A stretch of DNA of 36,840 nt from Bryobacteraceae bacterium (lineage in GTDB: Bacteria > Acidobacteriota > Terriglobia > Bryobacterales > Bryobacteraceae). Positions within the stretch are counted from its first letter, which is position 1; each line of letters opens with the position of its first letter. Made by a program: the position numbers and the translations under genes. Of the stretch, positions 16,746 through 25,166 are shown one piece after another. The stretch spans positions 1-36,840 of the forward strand of contig DATLVQ010000838.1 in NCBI GenBank assembly GCA_035577325.1. Reading direction: 5' to 3'. The notes beneath the pieces were generated by a model. That model saw only the letters and a program-made list of their open reading frames with translations, did no database searches and had not been told where the DNA came from.

Positions 16746-16781
16746 TTGCATTACTTTAATTAAAGAAAGTCGGGAATGCAA
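16746..16781 (-). promoter_or_regulatory. candidate sigma70-type promoter embedded in an inverted repeat
   Basis: The minus strand reads TTGCAT, then 17 nt, then TAAAGT (16781-16753). The flanking inverted repeat is TTGCATT (16746-16752) / AATGCAA (16775-16781). It encloses the perfect 12-nt palindrome CTTTAATTAAAG (16754-16765). The element lies in an AT-rich gap upstream of the methylase pair. Confidence 0.4.
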
Positions 16782-16790
16782 GAAATATTT

Positions 16791-17147
16791 TTATTTACTA
16801 CACATCTTGCACCGCTCGGTCACTGGCGCTCTCCCTCGCTCATGGCGAACGATGACGATTCGGGAGTCTCCACATTCCACGCAAGGCTCTTTCTTCACTG
16901 GTGCTTGAGCCTTGGGCTTGGGCCGGAAGTCTTGACAGAACCAACGAAGGCCGCGAAACCTGCCGGATGCCATTGCTTCGTCGATGGCGGTTGTGAACTG
17001 AGACAATTCCAGATCCCGGTAGCGGCTGAGTAGGTCGTAAATCCAGAACTGGTTGAAGTCGCGCGGGTGCGGATCGCCTCCGAAGTGGCGGTTGTGTGCT
17101 TCCCAGGCGTAGAGGGTCATCTGTTCTGCGAGGTCTGGTTCGGCCAT
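16791..17147 (-). CDS. hypothetical protein with a C-terminal zinc ribbon
   Basis: The track ORF starts at TTG 17171. The ATG at 17147 (MAEPDLAEQ...) lies 4 nt after the upstream stop. The C-terminus reads CVECGDS...CKMCSK. Confidence 0.5.
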   Translation of the reverse strand: MAEPDLAEQMTLYAWEAHNRHFGGDPHPRDFNQFWIYDLLSRYRDLELSQFTTAIDEAMASGRFRGLRWFCQDFRPKPKAQAPVKKEPCVECGDSRIVIVRHERGRAPVTERCKMCSK

Positions 17148-17151
17148 GTGC

Positions 17152-17403
17152 CTACGTCTCTTCTGCAGCAAGTAGGCGCTGCACGCAATCCGTCGCTGTG
17201 TGCAGTTGCCCTGTGATTACGGAGAGGTCCGAGTAACGATTGCCGCTCATTGGCAATTGCTGAGTCAGTTTCAGAGCGAGAACTAAGCTTTGCGTCAGCG
17301 ACCGCATGTCGGTCAAATATCCGTCAATGCAAACTTGGCGCGGAATCAGCGGAATGCCCTTCACTCGTGACTGAACAGCGCTAATTCTAGGTGCATGTTT
17401 CAT
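17152..17403 (-). CDS. hypothetical protein (83 aa)
   Basis: Track ORF whose ATG overlaps the DnaB stop by 4 nt. No motif was recognised. Confidence 0.45.
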   Translation of the reverse strand: MKHAPRISAVQSRVKGIPLIPRQVCIDGYLTDMRSLTQSLVLALKLTQQLPMSGNRYSDLSVITGQLHTATDCVQRLLAAEET

Positions 17404-18833
17404 TTCGGTAAGCTCCTTTGTTCTACGCTAGGCTCAGGTGCAGCAGTCTCTACCTCTGCAAAGTTCATAGAAGACCCTACGAAGCTCAGAGGAACCACCC
17501 CGCAAGGCCCATCTTTATCTTTCAGTAAATCGAACTGCGCTTCCCCGTTTTTCACCCAGTCCGGGTTGACCATCTTCATTGCCTGATCCAGCCGATACAA
17601 TCCCACCATCGTATACGACTGGTTTTCAATTTCTCCGCAGTCACGCGCATCGCTGATCGTAGGTGCTGGTTCCGGCTTCCCACTCTTCTTGTCGGTCTGG
17701 AATCGTCCGATCTGGCTCAACCAAACATACGGGCATCCAAACTCCTGCGCTCCCCGCTTCAGCGTCGTAACCGTCTCGGCTACGGCATCGTTTGTCGTTC
17801 CCCACTTCCCCGGCAAGTGCTTCAGCAGCCGCAGGAAGTCTCCCCAAACAATGTCTACCTTCTGCCCTACATCCCGCGGCAGGCGCCGAACCTGCGCGTT
17901 GACGTCGTTCGCGTTCAGTCCGGCCATATCGTTGATGTACAGCGGCAGCTTGGCGATTTCCTTGCGCGCATCTTCGATTAGGTCTTGCTCCCAAGTGTTC
18001 AGCATGTCATGCATTTTCTTAAACAAGCTGACTCCAGATAGTTGGCAGCAGAGCCGATCCACAAGCCTTTCTTTGGCTGTTTCGAGCGAGAAGATGGCGA
18101 CCACTTTCCCCGCTGATGCTTGGCAGTACGCCTGGTTGAGCATCATTGCCGTTTTCCCATGCGACGTCCTCGCCAGAATGAAACTCAGTTCTCCGGTAGC
18201 CCATCCCCCGCAAGCCATCTTTTCGTCAATGCTGGTGAATCCAGTGGATACCCCTAGAGGTTTCTGAGGTGTTCTCAGCGAAGGAACTATGTCCGATACG
18301 CAGATTAGGCCAGAGCGAGCCGCCGGCCGTACCGCCATGATCGATGATTCGGCGCGGTCCAAGAACGCTTGGAAGGCGTTCTGTGAATCCTCTTCCCCAA
18401 TTCGATAGGCTCCGTCAAGCCCTTCCTGAACGATGCTATGGGCCGTGTGAATCAGGTTTCGTAGGACACTTTTGTCTTTGACGATGCGCGCGTGGTGCTC
18501 CGTGTTGACAGCCCGCGGTAGTCCATCGGTCAGTGATGATAGGTACGAGACATTCCCGATGATCTCCAATTCTTTGGTTGCTAGCAGTTCTTCGGTGAGG
18601 GATGTGAAGTCGATCGGTCGAACTGGGACTCCTTTCCGCAGTGCCACCATTCGCTGAAATATGCGCCGGTGGGCGTCCACGAAGAAGTCATCGACGTGCA
18701 GCATGTCGCTAACAAGATCGTAGGCGTAGTTGTCGATCAGAATTGCACCCAAGACCGCCTTCTCGGCATCTGGACTGGCGGGAAGGCCTTTCTCTATCAA
18801 CACGTCTTTGGGGGGAACTGCCTTCTTAGGCAA
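17400..18833 (-). CDS. dnaB: replicative DNA helicase, DnaB family
   Basis: The N-terminal LPASPDAEKAVLGAILIDN is a DnaB hallmark. Walker A is ILARTSHGKTAMMLNQA, followed by SLETAKERLVDRL. The start is TTG 18833 or GTG 18803. Confidence 0.9.
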   Translation of the reverse strand: MPKKAVPPKDVLIEKGLPASPDAEKAVLGAILIDNYAYDLVSDMLHVDDFFVDAHRRIFQRMVALRKGVPVRPIDFTSLTEELLATKELEIIGNVSYLSSLTDGLPRAVNTEHHARIVKDKSVLRNLIHTAHSIVQEGLDGAYRIGEEDSQNAFQAFLDRAESSIMAVRPAARSGLICVSDIVPSLRTPQKPLGVSTGFTSIDEKMACGGWATGELSFILARTSHGKTAMMLNQAYCQASAGKVVAIFSLETAKERLVDRLCCQLSGVSLFKKMHDMLNTWEQDLIEDARKEIAKLPLYINDMAGLNANDVNAQVRRLPRDVGQKVDIVWGDFLRLLKHLPGKWGTTNDAVAETVTTLKRGAQEFGCPYVWLSQIGRFQTDKKSGKPEPAPTISDARDCGEIENQSYTMVGLYRLDQAMKMVNPDWVKNGEAQFDLLKDKDGPCGVVPLSFVGSSMNFAEVETAAPEPSVEQRSLPK

Positions 18834-19011
18834 TAGATGTCCTCTCGGCCCGCTCGCGTTTCATTCTCTTGCACTCCTCGCAGGATCCTTCGAGATGCTC
18901 GGCAAGTAGCTTCTCCCACCACTCCCGGTCGGATTGCTGCATCGCTCGCGCCGGCAACTCTGCCCGGCGGTTGGCGCGTTGCTCTCCGGCGATGGTTTGC
19001 TGATTCTTCAT
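18826..19011 (-). CDS. hypothetical protein (61 aa)
   Basis: Track ORF with ATGA overlap to the upstream gene. The sequence is charged and helical. Confidence 0.4.
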   Translation of the reverse strand: MKNQQTIAGEQRANRRAELPARAMQQSDREWWEKLLAEHLEGSCEECKRMKRERAERTSIA

Positions 19012-19217
19012 AGTTCGGAGCGGAAATAACCAGACTCAAGCGCTTCTTCGAGAGCCGCAACGATGTCGAGTTTGGCGCTTTCCCATTCTGTGGATTTGCA
19101 TTTCAGGTTCTCGATGTAGGCGATAGCAATATCGAACGTCTTCATCGTCTGGTGAACAGGACCGCCGACATTCGCGGCCTCACCAATGTCTACTTCAATG
19201 CAGCATACTCGGATCAT
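19008..19217 (-). CDS. hypothetical protein (69 aa)
   Basis: The internal ATG (MIRVCCIEVDIGEA...) of track ORF 19008-19280 overlaps the stop of 19214-19573 as ATGA. Confidence 0.4.
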   Translation of the reverse strand: MIRVCCIEVDIGEAANVGGPVHQTMKTFDIAIAYIENLKCKSTEWESAKLDIVAALEEALESGYFRSEL

Positions 19218-19573
19218 TCCGTTCCCTCCACGAATTTCACAATCACCGCAATCACGTGCTGCCCTCGCATGTACTGGCAACCATCTGGGTCCTGAAGCTG
19301 CATGAACGCCGGAGGGTGGGTGATCTCCACCTCAGCGTCTTTGTTGGAGATGTAGCCTTGAAGCTTGGTAAATCCGAAGTCATCGAAAACCTTGAGCCTC
19401 ATTTGGTTGCCTCCAGTGCTTCCCTGGCCGCCAACATCAGGCGCGGCAGGGTCTTTCGCTCCAAGCACGAAGTTGGGCCAATCGACCACCGAACCATCCC
19501 GGCGCTTCACAAGATACTTGCCTTCAGGCGTCTCAGGATTCTTTCTCCACAAACCTGCATTTGGTTTACGCAT
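19214..19573 (-). CDS. hypothetical protein (119 aa)
   Basis: Track ORF. An N-terminal GLWRKNPETPEGKYLVKRRDGSVVDWPNFVLGAKDPAAP segment is followed by a Gly-rich linker and a second half. Confidence 0.45.
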   Translation of the reverse strand: MRKPNAGLWRKNPETPEGKYLVKRRDGSVVDWPNFVLGAKDPAAPDVGGQGSTGGNQMRLKVFDDFGFTKLQGYISNKDAEVEITHPPAFMQLQDPDGCQYMRGQHVIAVIVKFVEGTE

Positions 19574-19609
19574 TCGATTCTCCTTTTACCAACTCCCGCT
19601 TCTGTTTGG

Positions 19610-20227
19610 TCATTTCACACCCCTATCTTGGGTTTCCATTTCCTCGATAGCCCTGTGAATGCGCGAGTCTTTCGCGCCGGATCGTTCGGAAGTTTGGTAA
19701 GCGATGATCTCGCCAAGTAAGGCATGGAATGCAATCAAACCTGCGCGGGCGTCACGTGCTGCGCCGATTCCATTGCACGCGAACGATACCCATTCTTCGG
19801 TGAACTGGATATACCAACCATGCGTGGCATTCTCGAATCGGTAACGGATTCCAGCATCGCGATACTCGTAGCGAACAAGACGAACCTTGCCAAACGGACA
19901 CGCCTGACTCGCATGGTATCGCTCGATTGCGGTTGCGGCGTCGGGGGCGAAGACGAATCTCGGTTCGGTCCACTCTTCCGGCGACGGGATTGGAATGCAG
20001 CGGTTATCGCTTGGCTCTTCCCAAGGACGCCGTAGATCGACCTGTGGTCCCATCGGAGCAAAGCTCAGTGGTGCTGGAGTCTCTGCTGTGGTACTCCATC
20101 CGCCGATGCTCTCGACCGTCCACGATCTCTCTCGGTTGCGAACTGGGATGCAGTAGTTCTCCGCGAGCATCAACACAGCATCGCCAACTTCTGGCGCGTC
20201 CTCGATTCTCTCAACGATTGGTAGCAT
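19610..20227 (-). CDS. hypothetical protein (205 aa)
   Basis: Track ORF in the replication operon. No motif was recognised. Confidence 0.5.
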   Translation of the reverse strand: MLPIVERIEDAPEVGDAVLMLAENYCIPVRNRERSWTVESIGGWSTTAETPAPLSFAPMGPQVDLRRPWEEPSDNRCIPIPSPEEWTEPRFVFAPDAATAIERYHASQACPFGKVRLVRYEYRDAGIRYRFENATHGWYIQFTEEWVSFACNGIGAARDARAGLIAFHALLGEIIAYQTSERSGAKDSRIHRAIEEMETQDRGVK

Positions 20228-20666
20228 CTGGAGCCTCCGTGACTATCGTAATAAATTCTCGCGTGCGGACGCGACGAAGCGCCGAAACCAGCATGTCAAC
20301 TTCCCGTCGCAATTCAACTTCGTTCCGATGTAGTGCTTCGCGAATGACTTTGATCCGGCCATCTTCCATCAAGTAAAGTAGTCCGTAGTCGGTGCCCTGC
20401 AATTCGGTTGAATCAATCACAGCCGGAGGGCACAAGAAGAAGCGCTTGGTTCCAGCGCCCGTGCCATTGGCCGTTGTGTGCTTGTGCGCCTGTTTGAGAA
20501 AATCGGCTCGCGTGGCCTTGCATTCTACGAGCGTAGACCATCCACCTTTCCAGCCGATCGCGTCCGGCTGTTCCCATGCAGCACTGACAATCTCAGACAA
20601 AACTACGGAACACTTCTGCCGGGTGAGCCAACGAGTAGCGGCTTTGCATAGGTCAGCGTGCGTCAT
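20211..20666 (-). CDS. PD-(D/E)XK-like (MmcB-like) nuclease-fold protein, tentative
   Basis: QPDAIGW...STLVECKATRADF gives a D...E.K pattern. 151 aa. Confidence 0.4.
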   Translation of the reverse strand: MTHADLCKAATRWLTRQKCSVVLSEIVSAAWEQPDAIGWKGGWSTLVECKATRADFLKQAHKHTTANGTGAGTKRFFLCPPAVIDSTELQGTDYGLLYLMEDGRIKVIREALHRNEVELRREVDMLVSALRRVRTREFITIVTEAPDATNR

Positions 20667-21147
20667 TTAACTGGAGCCTCCTTCCAGGTCGGAGAATGAA
20701 ACAGGCGATGTGGCGTCCGGTTCCTTTGCCTGCCGATCCATCTTCGGTAGCTAACCAGCGTACATCGCCAAGATTGCGAACTTCGGTTCCGATAGCCGAT
20801 AAAAGCATCAGCACCCACTTGTCTACCGGATACACCAGCACCACCGTTTTGCCTTTGCGATTCTCTTCAATGGCCTTGCGGACCCACGCCGTAGGGCCTT
20901 TCTTGCGGCCTTGATGCACGATGGATCCAAACGGAGGATTAACGTAAGACGAGAATCCCCATTCACAGGTAAGACCATCGAATCCGTCTGGCAGAGGATA
21001 GGGGCAAGGATCAAAGTCGAAGTGAAACTCTGCGTCAAGTTGTGCGTACAAACTCGGTGGAGTAAGCCAATAGTGCTTACCGTTATCTCCATTGCCAACG
21101 TGAAACTTGTTCTCCGCAGGACTCAACTGCGACTGATGAACGCTCAT
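20653..21147 (-). CDS. phage Dam-like DNA N6-adenine methyltransferase
   Basis: HYWLTPPSLYAQLDAEFHFDFDPCPYP...LTCEWGFSSYVNPPFG carries an NPPF catalytic motif with the small phage Dam architecture. The ATG at 21147 overlaps the upstream stop as ATGA. The track start is GTG 21156. Confidence 0.75.
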   Translation of the reverse strand: MSVHQSQLSPAENKFHVGNGDNGKHYWLTPPSLYAQLDAEFHFDFDPCPYPLPDGFDGLTCEWGFSSYVNPPFGSIVHQGRKKGPTAWVRKAIEENRKGKTVVLVYPVDKWVLMLLSAIGTEVRNLGDVRWLATEDGSAGKGTGRHIACFILRPGRRLQLNDAR

Positions 21148-21674
21148 TCTTTCCACCCATCAGCCTTCACCCTCTCGGAGATGAGGGCAGCAAGCCTTTT
21201 GCGCTCGCCATCGGAAACCAACTCCGTCTGAATCGTCTGGAGCCATGCGTCAGCCAACTCCAAGGCCTGTGGATCAATCGCTGGCTTGGGGGGTTGGAGG
21301 CTCGGCAATTCCTCGATTACTTCCCATCGAATCCCCTTTCCAAAGGTTTTCATCGCCATATCTAGTTGCGGCAGTTCGCATAGGTCATTCCAAATCTCCA
21401 CCCGCTTTTCCTCCCTCGCCTCGGCTTTGATAGCCGCATCCCGGGTGGTGATGGCAGCGTGAACGCTAGGAACGTAGGATTTGGATTCCCATCTCCTCGT
21501 CAGGTCTGATAGCTCTTTCCAGAATTCTTCTGGCGTCTGAATCACAGATTCCTCCTTGGTAAACAGCTTCCTCAATCTCCCGGCAAGTTCAGACACATCC
21601 TGGTCAGACTTCCGACCGTGGTATTCGGCCCAGCGTTCTAGGCTCTCGATGATCTCGAAAACTTCTCGGTTCAT
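21144..21674 (-). CDS. hypothetical protein (176 aa)
   Basis: Track ORF starting 2 nt after the helicase stop. The sequence is acidic and helical. Confidence 0.5.
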   Translation of the reverse strand: MNREVFEIIESLERWAEYHGRKSDQDVSELAGRLRKLFTKEESVIQTPEEFWKELSDLTRRWESKSYVPSVHAAITTRDAAIKAEAREEKRVEIWNDLCELPQLDMAMKTFGKGIRWEVIEELPSLQPPKPAIDPQALELADAWLQTIQTELVSDGERKRLAALISERVKADGWKE

Positions 21675-21675
21675 T

Positions 21676-22851
21676 TCATAAACCTCGCATTTGTGGAGTA
21701 AAGTACACGTTCGTCAATTGGATGCCACCCGATTCAACATGCGGCTTGTTTGGCGGTCCGCCAATCAGCAGGTTCTCGACGCGGCCAAACTGTTTTTGCA
21801 ACTGCACCATATCAACCACCATCGAATGAGCCTTGCTCGAATGCGGTCGCACACAGCGTCCCACCATCTGATAATAGAGCGCAAGGCTCAACGTCGGACG
21901 CGCCAGAACTACCGTATCAAGTTCAGGATAGTCGAAGCCCGTCGTCAAGACTCCCACGTTGCACACGACTTGAATGCGGCCGGCCTTGAAGTCTCGCAAG
22001 ATTCGATAGCGTTCATCGGACGGCGTTTCCGCAGACACCATGACGGCACCGGAGACGCGTTGCGTTAATTGACGGCTCTCTTCTACAAACCGCGTGAAGA
22101 CGAGAACGCCGCGGCGCTTGATCTCGATCAGCCGGTTAACGATCGCCTCAAGTTTTCCAGCAAAATCCAGATCGCGGAAGTGCTGCTGAACAGACTTATC
22201 GGTGTAGTCGGCGCCAGTTGAGTTGGTTTGCAGTTTCGTTCGATCAAACCCCTTCACGGCGAAGTACTCCAATTTGGCGAGATAGCCTTCTTTGAACAAT
22301 TGGAGATTCTGCACGTAGTACACAAGGTCATCGAACACACGCGGCCGGGTCCGCGTCAGAAACCTCAGGATTGCGACCGAGCTGTTACTTGATAGACGGT
22401 AAGGCGTAGCGGTCATTCCGAGCACTTTGACGCCTTTGGCGATCAGAGCCGCAAGGAACGTTGAGTACATCCCTTCTTTCGGATTCACGACGTGCGCTTC
22501 GTCTACGATCACATACTTTACGTGATCGAATATTTCAGGCTGTTTCACCACGCTGCCGATTGTCGCAAGGGTGATCGCACGGACGCGCTTTTCTCCGGCG
22601 GACGCTGAATAGACGCCTGGCCGGAAACCGTAGGTGATCATCTTGTCAAAATTCTGCATTAGAATCTCGCGCGACGGCTGGAACACAAGACAAGGCGCTT
22701 CAAGTTCCTTCACGATATTAGCGATTACCAAAGACTTTCCAGAGCCGGTCGGTAACACCATGAGGCCATGACGCTGCGATGGGAGCTTCATGTAACCCAC
22801 CCCGGCGTCTACAGCTTCTTTCTGGTACGGCCTAAGCGTTATCGAGTCCAT
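21676..22851 (-). CDS. superfamily-2 DEAD/DEAH-box DNA helicase
   Basis: Motifs are RPYQKEAV (Q-like), VLPTGSGKS (I), VIVDEAH (II), GMTATP (III) and QMVGRCVRP (VI). The ATG at 22851 (MDSITLRPYQ) is preferred over the track start at 23040, whose 63-aa basic extension has no support. Confidence 0.9.
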   Translation of the reverse strand: MDSITLRPYQKEAVDAGVGYMKLPSQRHGLMVLPTGSGKSLVIANIVKELEAPCLVFQPSREILMQNFDKMITYGFRPGVYSASAGEKRVRAITLATIGSVVKQPEIFDHVKYVIVDEAHVVNPKEGMYSTFLAALIAKGVKVLGMTATPYRLSSNSSVAILRFLTRTRPRVFDDLVYYVQNLQLFKEGYLAKLEYFAVKGFDRTKLQTNSTGADYTDKSVQQHFRDLDFAGKLEAIVNRLIEIKRRGVLVFTRFVEESRQLTQRVSGAVMVSAETPSDERYRILRDFKAGRIQVVCNVGVLTTGFDYPELDTVVLARPTLSLALYYQMVGRCVRPHSSKAHSMVVDMVQLQKQFGRVENLLIGGPPNKPHVESGGIQLTNVYFTPQMRGL

Positions 22852-23137
22852 TAAGTTATTAAAACCCCTGTATCGGAGATACACCCTCCCCGAATTTTGT
22901 TTTGCAGTTGCGTTGCCTTTTCCGAGAGAGCGCAACGAAGTGAAGCGTTTCCGGAAGCCCTTCACTTTGTTACGGGCTAAGAGAAAAGCTCGGAAACTCC
23001 CCCCTACCCCCCTCTTTTGAGGATTTAGAAAGACGCGCATCCGTGGCAGGATCGCGACAACGCCTCAAACCACGCGAGTACAGCACGCGATAAGTGGCGC
23101 AGCGAACGAACGTCTTGCCAGTTCAGATTGTGGGTCG

Positions 23138-23178
23138 CTCCGCATCAAGGCGGAGTTACAACCGCTATCGAGAGCGGT
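23138..23178. promoter_or_regulatory. two adjacent 18-nt palindromes (possible operators or RNA hairpins)
   Basis: The palindromes are CTCCGC-atcaag-GCGGAG (23138-23155) and ACCGCT-atcgag-AGCGGT (23161-23178), 5 nt apart, with near-identical loops. Confidence 0.45.
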
Positions 23179-23256
23179 CTCCACCCTTGGCTGTGAGCGT
23201 TGCCATCAAAGAAATAAGTTTGTGGAAATCGTTCATGTGTTCTTTTCGCCAAACAC

Positions 23257-23285
23257 AGAATGCGCCGCAAAAAAAAGAATGTCAA
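23257..23285 (-). promoter_or_regulatory. candidate leftward promoter
   Basis: The minus strand reads gTTCTTGACA, then 17 nt, then CATTCT. It shares the TTCTTGACA -35 context with the rightward promoters. Confidence 0.35.
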
Positions 23286-23404
23286 GAACTTTCTTCAGTG
23301 GTATTCTGTACGTGGCCTCGGGTCAGTCGCTCATTGTTCGTTTCGCCGCTTACCATGTGCCGCCTTCCGAGCCGGGGCCTTTCCGCCACCATCGTTGCCA
23401 TCAA

Positions 23405-23440
23405 GGGCTGACTCATCGGAGCCAGCCCTTTTCAATTTCC
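23405..23440 (+). terminator. intrinsic terminator-like hairpin
   Basis: GGGCTGaCTCatcgGAGcCAGCCC is followed by TTTTCAATTT. It lies just upstream of the rightward promoter. Confidence 0.5.
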
Positions 23441-23452
23441 ACCAAAATATTC

Positions 23453-23482
23453 TTGACACGCTGTCGTAAGCGATGGTAGCGT
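23453..23482 (+). promoter_or_regulatory. candidate rightward early promoter (near-leaderless)
   Basis: TTGACA (23453-23458), then 18 nt, then TAGCGT (23477-23482). The ATG of the HTH gene at 23489 follows with no SD. Confidence 0.45.
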
Positions 23483-23488
23483 ACACGC

Positions 23489-23701
23489 ATGGAAATTGAT
23501 CCGGTAAAAATGCTAGCCAAGAAATGCAACGAAGGCGAGTCTCTTCGGAGTTACGCAACCCGCATCGGCGTGTCAGCGCCATACCTCAGCGACGTCTTCC
23601 GTGGAGCGCGGACGCCAGGACCGAAGATTCTAAAGTTCCTAGGATTGAAGGTCAAGGTCACCCAGACGCGCAAATATCAATACAACAGAGAGGCAGCATG
23701 A
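23489..23701 (+). CDS. XRE/Cro-like helix-turn-helix transcriptional regulator
   Basis: The 70-aa protein contains ESLRSYATRIGVSAPYLSDVFRGARTPGPKIL, a classic HTH_3 pattern. It is the first gene after the divergent control region. Confidence 0.75.
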   Translation: MEIDPVKMLAKKCNEGESLRSYATRIGVSAPYLSDVFRGARTPGPKILKFLGLKVKVTQTRKYQYNREAA

Positions 23702-23937
23702 GCCATCTCGACTTTGGATTCCACGTAGACCGCGAAGAGCGCAACGATTCCTACAATCCCCAAACCGGCGGTGCTGGTTGGGACCCCACAACCCCGGCTG
23801 GAAAGAAACGGCGCGAGGAAGTGCGGCAAGAGAACGAGCGCAACGCTGCGAGGCATGATTCATCGTGCGATCAGAGCAGTGGCATTGGTTACTGCACTTG
23901 TGGATTTGCCGCAGCGAGAGAGGCGGCGTCCAAGTGA
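23698..23937 (+). CDS. hypothetical protein (79 aa)
   Basis: The internal ATG of track ORF 23524-23937 overlaps the HTH gene's stop as ATGA. The sequence begins MSHLDFGFHVDREERNDSYNPQTGGAGW... Confidence 0.45.
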   Translation: MSHLDFGFHVDREERNDSYNPQTGGAGWDPTTPAGKKRREEVRQENERNAARHDSSCDQSSGIGYCTCGFAAAREAASK

Positions 23938-24386
23938 ACGTCATTGCCATTGATCCAGGTACCACCGAAAGCGGAGTCGTCGCGTGGGATGGGACGAAGA
24001 TTCTTGATGCCAAGTTTCTATTGAACGAGGATGTGCTCACATACCTCAATGCTGTGTGTGACCCGGACGTTGTTCTCGTCATCGAAGAGTTCGTCTGCTA
24101 CGGAATGGCCATCGGGAAAGAGTCAATCAAAACGATCTTCTGGTCAGGGCGATTCTGGCAAGCGTATGATTTCCATCGCGTTCTGATGGAACGCAAGACG
24201 GTCAAGTTGCATCTGTGTGAAACGAGCCGCGCAACAGATTCGAACATCCGACAGGCCTTGATTGATCGCTTCGGAGATCCCGGTCGCAAATCCGCGCCTG
24301 GATTGCTCTACCCGCTCAAAGGCCATACATGGGCAGCGTTCGCTTTGGCAGTGACTTGGATGGACAAAAACGGAGGTGTCAAATGA
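23934..24386 (+). CDS. RuvC-fold Holliday junction resolvase-like protein
   Basis: VNVIAIDPGTTESGVVAW ... LVIEEF fits the RuvC/RNase H-fold acidic motifs. The GTG overlaps the upstream stop as GTGA. Confidence 0.5.
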   Translation: MNVIAIDPGTTESGVVAWDGTKILDAKFLLNEDVLTYLNAVCDPDVVLVIEEFVCYGMAIGKESIKTIFWSGRFWQAYDFHRVLMERKTVKLHLCETSRATDSNIRQALIDRFGDPGRKSAPGLLYPLKGHTWAAFALAVTWMDKNGGVK

Positions 24387-24808
24387 GCATGCTGCTATTG
24401 CTGTTCATGCTGCAAGATGGGCCAAGGTTGGCGGTGAACCCTGGCGAGATTGCCCGGCTTCAGTCGCGGGGCGACGTGCAGGTATTCGGAGAGATGAGCC
24501 AATCTGCCAAAGAGAAATATGACGCAGAGCGCAAGGCATGCGACGACAAGAAATCTGAATTTTGCTTTACCTCTCCGTATTCGATGGGTCCGCTGTTGTG
24601 TCGGCTTACCGCCGACGATGAACTGATCCTCTCCGAAGGTGTCACTGCCGCACAGTGTATCAGGAAAATCGTTGAGTACTCGCGAGAAGCCTCGATGCGC
24701 AACTATAAGCAATGCGAAGCCGACAAGAGGCTGATTTTCGATACGTGGAAGAAATCCAATGACGAGACGATTCAAATATTGTCGCCAAAGAAGAAGGTGA
24801 AACCATGA
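24383..24808 (+). CDS. hypothetical protein (141 aa) with a hydrophobic N-terminus
   Basis: ATGA overlap. The sequence starts MSMLLLLFMLQDG and carries several Cys residues. Confidence 0.45.
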   Translation: MSMLLLLFMLQDGPRLAVNPGEIARLQSRGDVQVFGEMSQSAKEKYDAERKACDDKKSEFCFTSPYSMGPLLCRLTADDELILSEGVTAAQCIRKIVEYSREASMRNYKQCEADKRLIFDTWKKSNDETIQILSPKKKVKP

Positions 24809-24966
24809 GCGTTGAAGTGCGTTGCATCATGTGCTGGCATGTCGTCCGGGCAATGGCGACGGTTGCCAGAAACTACATCTACCGGACGGCCAAGCTGGTT
24901 CCACAGCCGGGCCAGAGGTGCGAGCACTGCGAAGCGGTGTTAGACGCCGCTCAGGTGGTGAAGTAG
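24805..24966 (+). CDS. small zinc-ribbon protein (53 aa)
   Basis: Hand-translated, below the track's size cutoff. ATGA overlap. It contains CIMC ... CEHC. Confidence 0.35.
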   Translation: MSVEVRCIMCWHVVRAMATVARNYIYRTAKLVPQPGQRCEHCEAVLDAAQVVK

Positions 24967-24968
24967 CG

Positions 24969-25166
24969 ATGAAAACCGAAAAGCAGATTCGATCAAGATT
25001 GAAGAAGCTCGAAAAGGAAATGGATCGTCAGGTAGCCCAGGGAATGGAGAATGGATGGCCCGTTCCTTTCTGGGACTATAACTGCGTAGAAAGAGAAGTT
25101 CTCCGCAGTATCCTCGGAATGCGACGTAAGCCATTTTGCGCCGCCGATGTCTTCGCAGGTATCTGA
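24969..25166 (+). CDS. hypothetical protein (65 aa)
   Basis: The internal ATG of track ORF 24822-25166 lies 2 nt after the previous stop. The sequence begins MKTEKQIRSRLKKLEKEM... Confidence 0.4.
   Translation: MKTEKQIRSRLKKLEKEMDRQVAQGMENGWPVPFWDYNCVEREVLRSILGMRRKPFCAADVFAGI

Noticed and set aside
22852-23040. 63-aa N-terminal extension of the SF2 helicase ORF
   Set aside because: It is highly basic and low-complexity, contains no helicase motif, and overlaps hairpin-rich leader sequence. The RPYQ Q-motif follows immediately after the internal ATG at 22851.
23131-23186. Twin hairpins as a possible tRNA or tRNA-like gene
   Set aside because: There are only two arms within about 55 nt. There is no T-loop (GTTCRANYC) or D-loop consensus, and no proper 7-bp acceptor stem.
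23094-23582. ORFs 23094-23411, 23222-23479, 23260-23469 (+) and 23331-23582 (-) in the control region
   Set aside because: They overlap one another, have no SD, run through the promoter and terminator elements, and look non-protein-like.
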